Assembly: GCA_013204345.1 (NCBI GenBank)
Contig: JABMOB010000029.1
Span: 1 to 61,434, forward strand
Source of the DNA: Parcubacteria group bacterium
GTDB taxonomy: Bacteria; Patescibacteriota; Minisyncoccia; Phycocordibacterales; JABMOB01
Direction of reading: 5' to 3'
Length of the DNA: 61,434 nucleotides
In this document: one piece after another, positions 35,344-45,463 of the stretch
How positions within the stretch are numbered: position 1 is the first letter of the stretch
How the letters are laid out: every line of letters begins with the position of its first letter
Notes under the pieces: model-generated
What the model saw: only the letters and a program-made list of their open reading frames with translations
Told to the model about the DNA's origin: nothing
The model's database searches: none
Position numbers and translations under genes: made by a program

Positions 35344-35871
35344 TCAAATGTTGCAGATCCTTACTCTATTAGAAACAAAATATTTAACAAATTCAAATGC
35401 ACCGAAAAATACACTTGTGTAAAATAGATCACCAAAAAGAGAATTCCTGAAAAACGGCAAAGCCAAAGTGTAAGATTGTGTCAAACCCAACCATGAATGC
35501 ACATACATTCCACTAAATTGCCAGACTGCCCAGTTTGTAATAAGGAAAAATAAAACAGAAGAAGATAAAGCTATCCCAAAAATAGAAATTGCAGTTTTGT
35601 TCTTACGTAGATATAAACCAAGTAACGCGACCAAAATGAAACTTCCATAAACAGAAAGCATGATCGGCCACTGATAGAAACCTAGAAAAATATCCGCAAA
35701 TGCCATAATTGCAATAAAAATAACAACAGAGTATCGAAGACCCAGATACGCCGTCGCAAAAAGAGCAATAGCTGTCATCGGAGTAGTGTTCCATACATGA
35801 GGTAACAAACGAGAAGCTACACCCAAAACAATAAGAAAAGTTGCAATGATCAAAGAATTTTTTTGAGACAT
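35344..35871 (-). CDS. Small polytopic membrane protein, ECF-S-component/BtuM-like (putative cobalamin permease)
   Basis: 175 aa with about 5-6 TM segments. Last gene of the operon led by the cobalamin riboswitch. The function is inferred from context. Confidence 0.5.
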   Translation of the reverse strand: MSQKNSLIIATFLIVLGVASRLLPHVWNTTPMTAIALFATAYLGLRYSVVIFIAIMAFADIFLGFYQWPIMLSVYGSFILVALLGLYLRKNKTAISIFGIALSSSVLFFLITNWAVWQFSGMYVHSWLGLTQSYTLALPFFRNSLFGDLFYTSVFFGAFEFVKYFVSNRVRICNI

Positions 35872-35883
35872 GATTTTGTAAGT

Positions 35884-37872
35884 TTACAACATTAATAAAA
35901 TAAAACCTAAAACCACCAAGAGACTAAAACCTACGACTGTGGACATTTTTGAAAACAAAACAGAATCATTTTGACCTACTATCACAGAGGCTAATTGAGA
36001 ATTATTTTGAGTGGACGTTCCTGTAACATCACCAACATTCAATATTTCACCTACAGATGATAATTTTTCATTTTCCACTGGAAAATTATCATTAGCTTTT
36101 TTTTCTTTGTCCGCGTCGACCAAAACTGTTAATTCAATCGGCTTAGAAACTAAAGCGAGATCATCAGAAACAAGAACTGTTGACGTTGCCTCTAAAATTA
36201 GAGTCGTGGTGGATGTTTCCCCTACATTTAAAGCAACATCAGTAGTTATATCATTTACAACATCTACAGGTTTTGAAAAAGAAGAAAGAATCACAGACCA
36301 AGGTTTATTTAATGACGCCGGAATAGCATACACGGTCGCCCATAGTCTAGTGTTTATATCTTGTGAGAGTGCTTCCAATCCACCATCACTTTGTTGCGTG
36401 GAGTAAAGATAATCATAAGGATTATTATTGTTTTTTAACCAATTTGTACCAGATTCACCAAGAGAAGCGATAGCTTGAAGGGCCCAACTAGTGGAAAAAC
36501 TGGATCCGAAACCACCATTAGACTGTTGTCCTGTTGATAAATACGTTCGAGCATTGTCCAAAGCTTGATTTACGCCAGAAATAGATGGGGTCATAGATAA
36601 AGCTTGGATTGTGGCTGCGGTCATATCTATTCCCCCGACCCATGAACCATCAGAATTTTGTTTTGAAATAATATATGCCACTATTTTTTGGATAATAGGA
36701 TCGCCAGAAGAATAACCCGCTTTGATTAATGGGAAAATCGCAAACACATCATCATTCACAAGAGAAACATCACCAATCTGATTACCATCAAAAGAATTTA
36801 CAATTTTTTGAATATAATTTACAGAAGTTCCGCTGTAAGGATTTATTCCCAAAGCCATCAAAGCCATCGCATGACGTTCATAATCAGTAATATTTGCTGA
36901 AGTGTCTGATGCACATTTTAAATAATTTATAATTTTTTCTTTACCTGAGTTTTGGGACCCTAGAGCAAAGGCAATCGCAGCCCAATCTGTATACAAACTA
37001 TAACCAAAAGAGCCGTCTGACTTTTGATTATCTAAAAGAAACTGAAAAGCTTTGCTTGTATCAATATTGTTATGTGTAACTACATTATTATTTACAGTAC
37101 CTCCCCCGCTACCCGCAGAACTAGATGATGAAGTTACAATTTCGGTTGTTGTAGTCGCTGATTCTATTTCAGGTGATATAACCGGAGAAATAATTATTGA
37201 CGAACTATCCAAAAAACCAGACTTGGTTGCTTTAATGGAAAATGAATCTGTTGAAGTGGCTAATAAATCATAATTTCCATTTGTGTCCGTAGAAAATGAT
37301 GTTTCGTAAATATCTATACTACTTGATGCAGAAGAAAGCCACACACCATTCCAAAAAGAGTCAAAACCAAATTCCGAAACTGAAACGGTCGTTGTGCCGT
37401 TTACTTCCGGCGTTGTTGTTGAAACAGAAATTTTCAATGGCATTCTACCAAAATTTACAAGAAGTTCTTCGTCAGATGAAAGAGCATGTTTATTGAGAGA
37501 AGTTTCGCCATATTCTAGATTTGAAAACCAACCCCAATAAATATTATTAACATAATCATTAGAGACACCACCAATACTATCTACAAACTGATCATCTCCA
37601 TACAAAGACCATGTATTATCTACGCCGGATTGTTTAATAGCACAGTAAGCGTTTACTGTTGGAGTGGTTGAAGAAACAGCTTCACAAGCAGAGACTGTAA
37701 TAGTAGAGCTAAAAAGTGTTGCGGTAGAGCCCTCGATTTGAAGATGAATTGTTATTGAGTCTGTTGAAGTTGCTGTGGTTGTCGCGACATCAGCATAAGA
37801 AAAATGAAAGATGAATAAAAACAGTATCGACAGAAAAATTTTTGTGATTGTTAATATTTTTTTTGTTTTCAT
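35884..37872 (-). CDS. Surface-anchored protein with prenyltransferase/terpene-cyclase-like alpha-alpha toroid repeats
   Basis: Signal peptide. Repeated SDGSFG.../SDGSWVGG.../SNGGFGSS.../SDGGLEA... motifs. C-terminal TM anchor. Confidence 0.65.
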   Translation of the reverse strand: MKTKKILTITKIFLSILFLFIFHFSYADVATTTATSTDSITIHLQIEGSTATLFSSTITVSACEAVSSTTPTVNAYCAIKQSGVDNTWSLYGDDQFVDSIGGVSNDYVNNIYWGWFSNLEYGETSLNKHALSSDEELLVNFGRMPLKISVSTTTPEVNGTTTVSVSEFGFDSFWNGVWLSSASSSIDIYETSFSTDTNGNYDLLATSTDSFSIKATKSGFLDSSSIIISPVISPEIESATTTTEIVTSSSSSAGSGGGTVNNNVVTHNNIDTSKAFQFLLDNQKSDGSFGYSLYTDWAAIAFALGSQNSGKEKIINYLKCASDTSANITDYERHAMALMALGINPYSGTSVNYIQKIVNSFDGNQIGDVSLVNDDVFAIFPLIKAGYSSGDPIIQKIVAYIISKQNSDGSWVGGIDMTAATIQALSMTPSISGVNQALDNARTYLSTGQQSNGGFGSSFSTSWALQAIASLGESGTNWLKNNNNPYDYLYSTQQSDGGLEALSQDINTRLWATVYAIPASLNKPWSVILSSFSKPVDVVNDITTDVALNVGETSTTTLILEATSTVLVSDDLALVSKPIELTVLVDADKEKKANDNFPVENEKLSSVGEILNVGDVTGTSTQNNSQLASVIVGQNDSVLFSKMSTVVGFSLLVVLGFILLML

Positions 37873-37962
37873 AATAATTCGGTTAGTTAGTAGTTAGTAG
37901 TCCACAGTCTGTAGTTTGGATTTGAATTTCTACTGACTACTATCTACTAGCTACTGACTTTT

Positions 37963-38454
37963 TTATTTTTTTTCATATTTCCACCAGACACTATCGTCCG
38001 ACACGAGTTTGTGTTGCGACACTCCTACAGTGGAATATTTATTATTTATATAAAGTGTCCAATAAAAACCGTCGACATTTTTGATTCCATTTATTTCTTC
38101 AACAAAATAACCTAACCCAGAATAATTTTTTGCTTTGAAAGAAAAATCGTCTATTAGAGCGAGATTGTTCATTGCGTCGTAAACAGTATCCCCCGCTAAA
38201 ATATTTGCAGTATAAATTTTTTCTCCAATCAAAAAATCAATCTCTATTAAATTTTCCGCTATTGATTCTGAGACGGTTTTGATTTTCTTTGAAGTTGTAG
38301 CTGTTTGAGATGAAAGAAAAATATCATTTTGATATTTTTCTTCAGAAACAGTTAATTTAAATTTTTGTGTAAAACTTTTATAACTAAATCCCCAAACAAA
38401 GAGAACGATAAGCAAAATCCCAAAAATTGTAAAAAAAATTCTTTTTCTATTCAT
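37963..38454 (-). CDS. DUF4430 (transcobalamin beta-domain-like) secreted protein
   Basis: N-terminal anchor. C-terminal GFYWTLYINNKYSTVGVSQHKLVSDDSVWWKY is typical of DUF4430. Confidence 0.68.
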   Translation of the reverse strand: MNRKRIFFTIFGILLIVLFVWGFSYKSFTQKFKLTVSEEKYQNDIFLSSQTATTSKKIKTVSESIAENLIEIDFLIGEKIYTANILAGDTVYDAMNNLALIDDFSFKAKNYSGLGYFVEEINGIKNVDGFYWTLYINNKYSTVGVSQHKLVSDDSVWWKYEKK

Positions 38455-38477
38455 AAATATTTATAAATTACACATAA

Positions 38478-38685
38478 ATAAAAAACTCCGCCAAGCAGAG
38501 TGATTTCTCTTATGAAATAGGTATAAACCTATCTCCTGCTCGGGATTAAATTACTTGACGACCGGACTTGTTCCAAAAATATATTGGACATTACCGTTGC
38601 GGCACAGTGGAGGAATTGAACCTCACTTCCAGACCATCGAAAATCGATGGACTCGAGGGTAAACTCGACAAGTAACAATGCAACC
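38478..38685 (-). promoter_or_regulatory. Cobalamin (B12) riboswitch with an intrinsic terminator
   Basis: On the minus strand, GGAAGTGAGGTTCAATTCCTCCACTGTGCCGCAACGGTAA forms the core. A B12-box-like GAGCAGGAGATAGG follows, then CTCTGC-ttg-GCGGAG plus a T-run. Confidence 0.65.
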
Positions 38686-39060
38686 ATTGTATAACCAGCG
38701 TTTTATATTTGCAAGTTTAGAAAAAACAAAGCCTTTGTCATAATAATTTCAAAATAATTCAGATACTTTTAATCAATTTTTGTTTTTTAATGTAAATATT
38801 TTTTATTAACAAACCTTTATATTGAAAAATGACAAGAATTTTAGAAAAAGTAGCTTCTCACCAAAACAACCTACCCCAAAGACAATTTCGCAATCTTAGT
38901 CTTTGTTATTTAGTCTAAAAATAAGTAAAAAGCGGGTGGAAAAATTGACAGGGTCTTGGTCTTGAGTCAGAACTAAAAAAATGTCTTGTTTTTACTTTAA
39001 ACCCGCAACTCAAACTGGTATACTAATTCCAAAATCAATTAACTAATTAACGCATCACAA

Positions 39061-41373
39061 ATGACACCAAAAAAAATCACTTCGGGAACAGGAACATTAG
39101 TAAAGAACATTCAAAAAAGAGACGGGAGCGTCGCGCCTTTTAATATGGAAAAAATCGTAGATGTTATCCATAAGGCAATGACTGCATCAAGCGAAGGATC
39201 TCGAGAAGAAGCAAGTGTCGTTGCAAATAAAGTGTATGCGGATGTGTTACGTATAACAAAAAAGTATAAAAATTTCATTCCAACAGTTGAAGGTATCCAA
39301 GACACAGTAGAAAAGGAACTTATTCTAAGTGAATATGTAAAAACATCAAAAAATTTTATTCTTTATAGAGATAGAAGAGCTAAAATACGAGCAAAGGGGT
39401 TGAGCGTCCCACCAAAAGTTAGAAAGCTTGCTGAGGATAGTAAAAAATATTTTAGAAATCCTTTGGGAGAATTTATTTACTACAGAAGTTATTCGCGTTG
39501 GATAGATGAGGAACAGCGACGAGAAACTTATATCGAAACGGTAGACAGATATGTGGCCTTCATGAAAGAAAATTTGGGTAGTAAACTCAAAGAGTCTGAG
39601 TACAAAGAAATTCGAGAAGGTATTTTGAATCAAGAAGCAATGCCTTCGATGAGACTTCTACAATTTTCTGGTACAGCAGCAAGAAAAACAAGTGTGTGTG
39701 CTTACAACTGTTCATACATCGCCCCAGAAACTTTTCAGGATCTAGCAGAAATTATGTATGTATCAATGTGTGGTACTGGAGCAGGATGGTCTGTAGAAAG
39801 TCAAAACGTACAGAAATTTCCACAAATCGCACTTCAGAAAAATGAGAAATTACCAAACCACGTAATAGATGATAGCAAAGAGGGTTGGTCCGATGCTTTT
39901 ATTTTCGGAATGAAAACTTGGGCGTTAGGAAAAGATGTTGAATTCGATTTTTCACAACTTCGCCCGGCAGGCGCACGACTAAAAACTATGGGGGGTAAAG
40001 CTTCTGGTCCAGATCCTTTAAAGCGATTACTCAGTTTTACTCGTGAAAAAATGCTCACACGTCAAGGTAAACGATTACGCAACATAGATGTCCACGACAT
40101 TATTTGTATGATTGGCGACTGTGTCGTTGCTGGAGGCGTCAGACGAAGCGCAATGATTTCTCTATCAGACCTTGATGATCCGGAAATACGAGATGCAAAA
40201 AAGGGAGCTTTTTACGTGAATGAGCCACAAAGAATGCTGTCAAACAACTCAGCTGTATACCTACAAAAGCCCTCAAACACTGAGTTTATGGAAGAATGGG
40301 TTGCTCTTATGAAATCTGGCTCTGGAGAAAGAGGTATTTTCAATCGAGGATCATTAGCAAAAACATTACCAGAAAGAAGAATCGAAGTCCTAAAAGAGTA
40401 TAAAGGGTATTTTGATGCTAGTGGCAATAACATCATAGGTTCAATCGGGACAAATCCTTGTGGAGAAATCATTCTACAATCAAAACAATTTTGTAACTTA
40501 TCAGAAATTGTGGCGCGAACAGAAGATACAGAAAAAACATTGCTGAGAAAAATGAAACTCGCGACAATATTAGGAACATACCAATCAAGTCTTACAAACT
40601 TTCCCTACTTATCAAAAGAATGGAAAGAACACTGCGACAAAGAAAGACTTCTCGGAGTTTCTATAACCGGACAGTGGGACTGTAAAACAGTAAGGGACGA
40701 AAAAATTTTAAACAAACTCAGAAAAGAAGCGATCAAGGTCAATCAAATTTATGCAAAAAAAATAGGAATCAATCCGTCAACCTGCATTACATGTGTAAAA
40801 CCATCTGGAACACTTTCCCAAACAGTTGACTGCTCTTCTGGTATGCACCCACGACACTCACCTTTCTATATTCGGCGAGTCAGAATTTCAGCCACAGATA
40901 GTTTATTCAAAATGTTGAAAGATCAAGGGGTTCCATATTTCCCTGAAGTGGGACAAACGAAAGAGGGAGCAACTACTTTTGTTTTGGAATTTCCAATAAA
41001 ATCACCAAAAGGATCGATTTATAAAAATGATATCACGGCGATCGATCAACTAGAGCATTGGAAACTTGTAAAAATAAATTACACTGAGCACAACCCATCC
41101 GTAACAGTGTCTGTTGGAGATGATGAATGGATCGAAGTTGCAAACTGGGTTTATAAAAATTGGGATATTGTTGGAGGTCTATCGTTTTTACCTCGCGATA
41201 ACCATGTTTACCAATTAGCGCCCTACGAAGAAATTGATGAGAAGAAATATTTGGAACTTTCAGACAGACTAAAGCATCTAGACTATTCAAAAATTATTAC
41301 CTACGAAAAAACCGACGAATTGGATGTCAAAAAAGAACTCGCTTGTATGTCAGGAGTCTGTGAAATAGCCTAG
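39061..41373 (+). CDS. nrdJ: Adenosylcobalamin-dependent (class II) ribonucleotide reductase with an N-terminal ATP-cone
   Basis: ATP-cone (VKNIQKRDGSVAPFNMEKIV), TNPCGEI, CNLSEI and a C-terminal Cys pair (CMSGVCEIA). Confidence 0.87.
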   Translation: MTPKKITSGTGTLVKNIQKRDGSVAPFNMEKIVDVIHKAMTASSEGSREEASVVANKVYADVLRITKKYKNFIPTVEGIQDTVEKELILSEYVKTSKNFILYRDRRAKIRAKGLSVPPKVRKLAEDSKKYFRNPLGEFIYYRSYSRWIDEEQRRETYIETVDRYVAFMKENLGSKLKESEYKEIREGILNQEAMPSMRLLQFSGTAARKTSVCAYNCSYIAPETFQDLAEIMYVSMCGTGAGWSVESQNVQKFPQIALQKNEKLPNHVIDDSKEGWSDAFIFGMKTWALGKDVEFDFSQLRPAGARLKTMGGKASGPDPLKRLLSFTREKMLTRQGKRLRNIDVHDIICMIGDCVVAGGVRRSAMISLSDLDDPEIRDAKKGAFYVNEPQRMLSNNSAVYLQKPSNTEFMEEWVALMKSGSGERGIFNRGSLAKTLPERRIEVLKEYKGYFDASGNNIIGSIGTNPCGEIILQSKQFCNLSEIVARTEDTEKTLLRKMKLATILGTYQSSLTNFPYLSKEWKEHCDKERLLGVSITGQWDCKTVRDEKILNKLRKEAIKVNQIYAKKIGINPSTCITCVKPSGTLSQTVDCSSGMHPRHSPFYIRRVRISATDSLFKMLKDQGVPYFPEVGQTKEGATTFVLEFPIKSPKGSIYKNDITAIDQLEHWKLVKINYTEHNPSVTVSVGDDEWIEVANWVYKNWDIVGGLSFLPRDNHVYQLAPYEEIDEKKYLELSDRLKHLDYSKIITYEKTDELDVKKELACMSGVCEIA

Positions 41374-41486
41374 GTCAACATACCAATATACAAATAATAC
41401 TAATCTACAAATGATTACGGATGTGTGGCGCTAAACGTTAGCAGTCATTCGTATAATTCGTAACATTAGTATATTAGTATGTTTAC
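41373..41486. repeat. Palindromic intergenic element, copy 2
   Basis: Arms GGTCAACATACCAATATAC / GTATATTAGTATGTTTAC fill the nrdJ/dehydrogenase convergent gap. The right arm supplies the TAA stop, as in copy 1. Confidence 0.65.
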
Positions 41487-42451
41487 ACTTTATTCGATGG
41501 AATTTTACCATCAAAGAAATCGATAACATTTTGAGCAGCAAGTCTTGCCATTTCATTTCTAGCACTTTCTCTAGCTGAAGCAATGTGAGGCGTAAGGATT
41601 GTATTAGAAAGCTTAACTAAACCAGGTACAAGCTTTGGTTCAAATTCATAAACATCGAGGCCTGCGCCCGCAATAACACCCTCCTGCAGAGCCTTCACTA
41701 AGGCTTTCTCATCAACAACCGGCCCACGGGAAGTATTTATGAGAAAGGCGGTCTTTTTCATCATTTTCAACCGTGAAGCATCCATAAGGTGGTGAGTGGA
41801 ATCCAAAAGTGGAACATGAAGACTCACAACATCAGCTTCTCTCAAAACCTCCTCAACCATAGGAATGAAACGTGCTCCATAATTCTCTTCAAGGGATTCA
41901 TTACGTTTAATATCACAGTATATAATATTCATACCAAAACCCTTACTTGCAATAATAGCTACCTTCTCGCCAATTCTACCAGCACCGATCAAACCTAAAG
42001 TTTTGCTAGTTAGATCAGATCCGATAAAAATATTCGGAGACCACCCCTTATATCTACCTTTTTTTGTAAAACTATCTGCCTCAACCATTCTGGTAGTAAG
42101 ACCCAACATAAGAGCTATGGCGTGTTCGGCAACACAGATACTATAATTACCAGGTGTGTTTGTTACAGTGATCCCCCGCTTTTTTGCTTCTTCCAAATCA
42201 ATATTGTCAAAGCCGACAGCATAGTTAGCAAAAATTTTAGCTGTAGGTACCGCATCAAAAACTTTTGCATCAATACAGTCAGTAAGTAAGGTTACTACAG
42301 CGTCGTACGGTTTCTTTTTTAGATATTTGATAATCTGTTTTTGAGTAGGAGCAGAGTCACCGGGATAAATATCCACTTCATATCCCTTGGCCTTAAGCAT
42401 ATCTATCCCCAGATCTGGAATTTTTCTTGTAACAAAAACTTTTTTATTCAT
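41483..42451 (-). CDS. D-isomer-specific 2-hydroxyacid dehydrogenase (glyoxylate/hydroxypyruvate reductase-like)
   Basis: GLIGAGRIG NAD motif, NTSRGPVVDE and TPHIASA. Confidence 0.9.
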   Translation of the reverse strand: MNKKVFVTRKIPDLGIDMLKAKGYEVDIYPGDSAPTQKQIIKYLKKKPYDAVVTLLTDCIDAKVFDAVPTAKIFANYAVGFDNIDLEEAKKRGITVTNTPGNYSICVAEHAIALMLGLTTRMVEADSFTKKGRYKGWSPNIFIGSDLTSKTLGLIGAGRIGEKVAIIASKGFGMNIIYCDIKRNESLEENYGARFIPMVEEVLREADVVSLHVPLLDSTHHLMDASRLKMMKKTAFLINTSRGPVVDEKALVKALQEGVIAGAGLDVYEFEPKLVPGLVKLSNTILTPHIASARESARNEMARLAAQNVIDFFDGKIPSNKV

Positions 42452-42461
42452 TTTGATTGTT

Positions 42462-43973
42462 TTAAGCTATTAAACTTTTACCGCCCATTTCATTTGGTTT
42501 ATTAATTTCAAACAATTGAAATATTGTTGGTGTGACATCCGCTAAACCGCCACCACTTCGAAGTGCCGCACCTTCTTCTGTTAAAATAGCGGGGACTGGA
42601 TTTATACTATGAGCTGTATGCTTACTTCCACTCGCTTCATCAATTGTTATCTCAGCATTTCCATGATCAGCTGTTATAAAAGCAATCCCTTTTCTTTCCA
42701 ACAAAACGGAAACTATCTTTTCTAAACTTCGATCGATCATCTCAATACCTTTTATAATAGCGGGCTCGTTACCTGTGTGCCCAACCATATCAGCATTCGC
42801 AAAATTTATAAAAATAAAATCAACACCCGCTTCAATCTCTTCAATAGCTTTTTCTGTAATTTCCTTCGCTCGCATTTCTGGTGCTTCATCGTGAGTTTTG
42901 ATATCTTTTCTGGACGACACCATAATATCTGTCTCTCCAGAATAGGCTTGTCCACGACCACCATTCAAAAAGTATGTGGCATGGGCATATTTCTCTGTTT
43001 CAGCAATACGCGCTTGTTTCAGGCCATTTTCCGATATAATTTTGCCTAGAGTAACTTCCACATTTAGAGGAGGAAAAGCTACATCACAAGGAAGAGACTT
43101 CTCATACTCCGTCATGGTAACAAAATAAATATTGCTTTTCCCGGCCCTTTCAGCAATTTTTCTAGAAAGCATACGGGCACGATCTGGTCTAAAATTGAAG
43201 AAGAAGAGGCCGTCATTTTCTTTTATGGCACATCCTTGCCCCGCTTCATCAACACAAACAATTGGCTCCAGAAGTTCATCTCCTTGGTTTTTTTCATACA
43301 ATTGTTCTATTAAAAGTGACGGGTCTTTGAGATGGCAAATGTTTCCTTGACATGCAAAAAGTGCGTCCTCAACTTTCTGTGTTCTATTCCAGTTGTTATC
43401 CCTATCCATCGCATAATATCTTCCAGAGATTGTAGCGATAAAACCAATCCCAAGTTTTGTTATAAAACTTTGTAATTCTTTTATATATACAGATGCGCTT
43501 TGTGGTAGAGTGTCCCTACCATCAGTAAACACATGGATCGCCACCTTTTTTATATTTTCCTTTTTGGCAAGTTTCAAAAAAGCATACAAATGATCCATAT
43601 GACTATGAACTCCTCCTGGGCCAATCAATCCTTCTACATGAATGACTGAATTATTTTTTTTAACATGATCAAAGAGTCTTTTGAAAGCAGGGTTTTTATC
43701 AAATTCACCGTTTTTTATAGCATCATTGATTCTCACCAAATCATTTGGGATAACACTACCAGCACCAATCGTCCTATGACCAATCTCACTGTTTCCCATC
43801 TGACCTACCGGCAAACCGACGGCTTCCCCACTTGCGTCAAGAAGTGTATGTGGATATTTATTCCACAAAGAATCGAAGAACGGTTTGTGTGCTTTTGCGA
43901 TAGCGTTATTTTTTGTCTCCTCTCTATAACCCCAACCATCAAGCACGATTAAAACTACTTGTTTATTACCCAT
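42462..43973 (-). CDS. gpmI: 2,3-bisphosphoglycerate-independent phosphoglycerate mutase
   Basis: LIVLDGWGY, GNSEIGH and ITADHGNAE motifs. 503 aa. Confidence 0.95.
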   Translation of the reverse strand: MGNKQVVLIVLDGWGYREETKNNAIAKAHKPFFDSLWNKYPHTLLDASGEAVGLPVGQMGNSEIGHRTIGAGSVIPNDLVRINDAIKNGEFDKNPAFKRLFDHVKKNNSVIHVEGLIGPGGVHSHMDHLYAFLKLAKKENIKKVAIHVFTDGRDTLPQSASVYIKELQSFITKLGIGFIATISGRYYAMDRDNNWNRTQKVEDALFACQGNICHLKDPSLLIEQLYEKNQGDELLEPIVCVDEAGQGCAIKENDGLFFFNFRPDRARMLSRKIAERAGKSNIYFVTMTEYEKSLPCDVAFPPLNVEVTLGKIISENGLKQARIAETEKYAHATYFLNGGRGQAYSGETDIMVSSRKDIKTHDEAPEMRAKEITEKAIEEIEAGVDFIFINFANADMVGHTGNEPAIIKGIEMIDRSLEKIVSVLLERKGIAFITADHGNAEITIDEASGSKHTAHSINPVPAILTEEGAALRSGGGLADVTPTIFQLFEINKPNEMGGKSLIA

Positions 43974-43981
43974 ATGTATTT

Positions 43982-45112
43982 TTATAAGTTTTGCAAATTA
44001 TCCACACCAACTGCCTCTCTAATATTTTTAAAACCGTCTCGTTTTAACAGCTCAGCCAAACTCTGATTAATTTCTCCAATAACTTGAGGGCCTTCAAATA
44101 TCATACCAGTAATCATCTGGACAAGCGATGCACCGAGTCTGATTTTTTTATAAGCATCTTCTGCAGAGAAAACCCCCCCAGAACCTACCAAAACAAGCTT
44201 CTTAGACATTTTTTTATAAATATACGCCAACATTTTATCTGACATGTCTTGAACTACTTTTCCACTCATACCACCAACATTTGGGATGTTTTTATCAAAA
44301 ACCCTCGAATTATCTCGACTTTTGGTCAAATTTGTACAGATAATACCGTGAATTCTGTGCTTATAAATAACGCTCAAAATGGAATCTAAATCTATTTGAT
44401 TTAAATCTGGTGAAAGTTTAACGAAAACCGCCTTTTTGGTAGGTATTCCATCGAGAACATTAAAAAGACGATCTAAATTACTTGGGGAAATAAAAGGTTG
44501 ACCTCCTTCTAGATTAGGACAACTAATATTTATAGTAATGTAATTTGCCACAGATTCCATTACCTTGAAAGATTTTGCGAAATCCTCAACAGCATTTTCT
44601 ATCAAAAGATTTTTTTGGCAATTTGTCATAGCAACACTCACCCCAACAGGAATAGAAGGTTTTTTATCTTTTATTCTATCCGCGATCGCCTCACACCCAT
44701 CATTTTTCAAACCATAGTAAACCATTAAACTTTGTGACTTCGGGAGACGCCAGAGTCTAGGTTTTGGGTTTCCTGAACATTTATCTCCAGTCACAGAACC
44801 AACCTCAACAAAACCAAATCCGACGGATGGTAAAATATCTACCAACTCTGCGTTTTTATCAAAACCCGCGGATAAACCAACCGGATTCTCAAATGTCATA
44901 CCTAAAATTTCCTGCCTAAGAGAATCGTCTTTATAATTAAACAATCCACTGGTTATTTTCTGGCCAAAATGATAATGCCCAAGAAATTTCCCAAAGTCTG
45001 TCATACGATCATGGATTAATTCTGGATCACTAAGAAAAAAAATGGGTTTCAAAAGATAAGAATATATCCCATGAATAATTTTACTGCGATAATGTGTAAC
45101 GGTTTTGTTCAT
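43982..45112 (-). CDS. pyrD: Dihydroorotate dehydrogenase (quinone), class 2
   Basis: N-terminal membrane-association extension, NPVGLSAGFDKN and GGMSG motifs. 376 aa. Confidence 0.88.
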   Translation of the reverse strand: MNKTVTHYRSKIIHGIYSYLLKPIFFLSDPELIHDRMTDFGKFLGHYHFGQKITSGLFNYKDDSLRQEILGMTFENPVGLSAGFDKNAELVDILPSVGFGFVEVGSVTGDKCSGNPKPRLWRLPKSQSLMVYYGLKNDGCEAIADRIKDKKPSIPVGVSVAMTNCQKNLLIENAVEDFAKSFKVMESVANYITINISCPNLEGGQPFISPSNLDRLFNVLDGIPTKKAVFVKLSPDLNQIDLDSILSVIYKHRIHGIICTNLTKSRDNSRVFDKNIPNVGGMSGKVVQDMSDKMLAYIYKKMSKKLVLVGSGGVFSAEDAYKKIRLGASLVQMITGMIFEGPQVIGEINQSLAELLKRDGFKNIREAVGVDNLQNL

Positions 45113-45118
45113 TGTTTT

Positions 45119-45439
45119 TTAAATTTGCATTAAAATAACACTAAGTACCCCCAGACCAATTCCCAACTTGTTTATCAAAGATAAATCCTCGTGAAAAAAC
45201 AAAAACCCAACAAAAATAACAGCGACTAGATTTAGAATTGTAAAAATTGATATTGCTTTTGACAAATAATCATACTTCAGAGAAAAAGCCCAAATAATTG
45301 TCCCGACGGTATAGAGTCCAACCCCAAACCATAACCAGATCGGCTTTGATTGTATATGAGAAAATTTGAAAAAAACATCAGCAATTGTTTCAAAAATAAC
45401 AGCCGAAAAAATTAGAAGTAAAAATAAAAGTTTATCCAT
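45119..45439 (-). CDS. SMR/EamA-like four-helix small membrane transporter
   Basis: 106 aa with four TM helices and a conserved early Glu context (FETIADVFFK). Confidence 0.6.
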   Translation of the reverse strand: MDKLLFLLLIFSAVIFETIADVFFKFSHIQSKPIWLWFGVGLYTVGTIIWAFSLKYDYLSKAISIFTILNLVAVIFVGFLFFHEDLSLINKLGIGLGVLSVILMQI

Positions 45440-45463
45440 ACCGCCAATTATACCAATTTAGGC

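Noticed and set aside
36011-36406. 131-aa plus-strand ORF inside the 662-aa surface protein gene
   Set aside because: It is antisense to a long ORF with clear repeats and a signal peptide. Its Ser/Thr-rich sequence mirrors the sense strand.
38590-38640. tRNA-like T-arm sequence (GGTTCAATTCC on the minus strand)
   Set aside because: No acceptor, D or anticodon arms can be built. The segment fits the conserved core of a cobalamin riboswitch, and a B12-box-like element and a terminator lie downstream.
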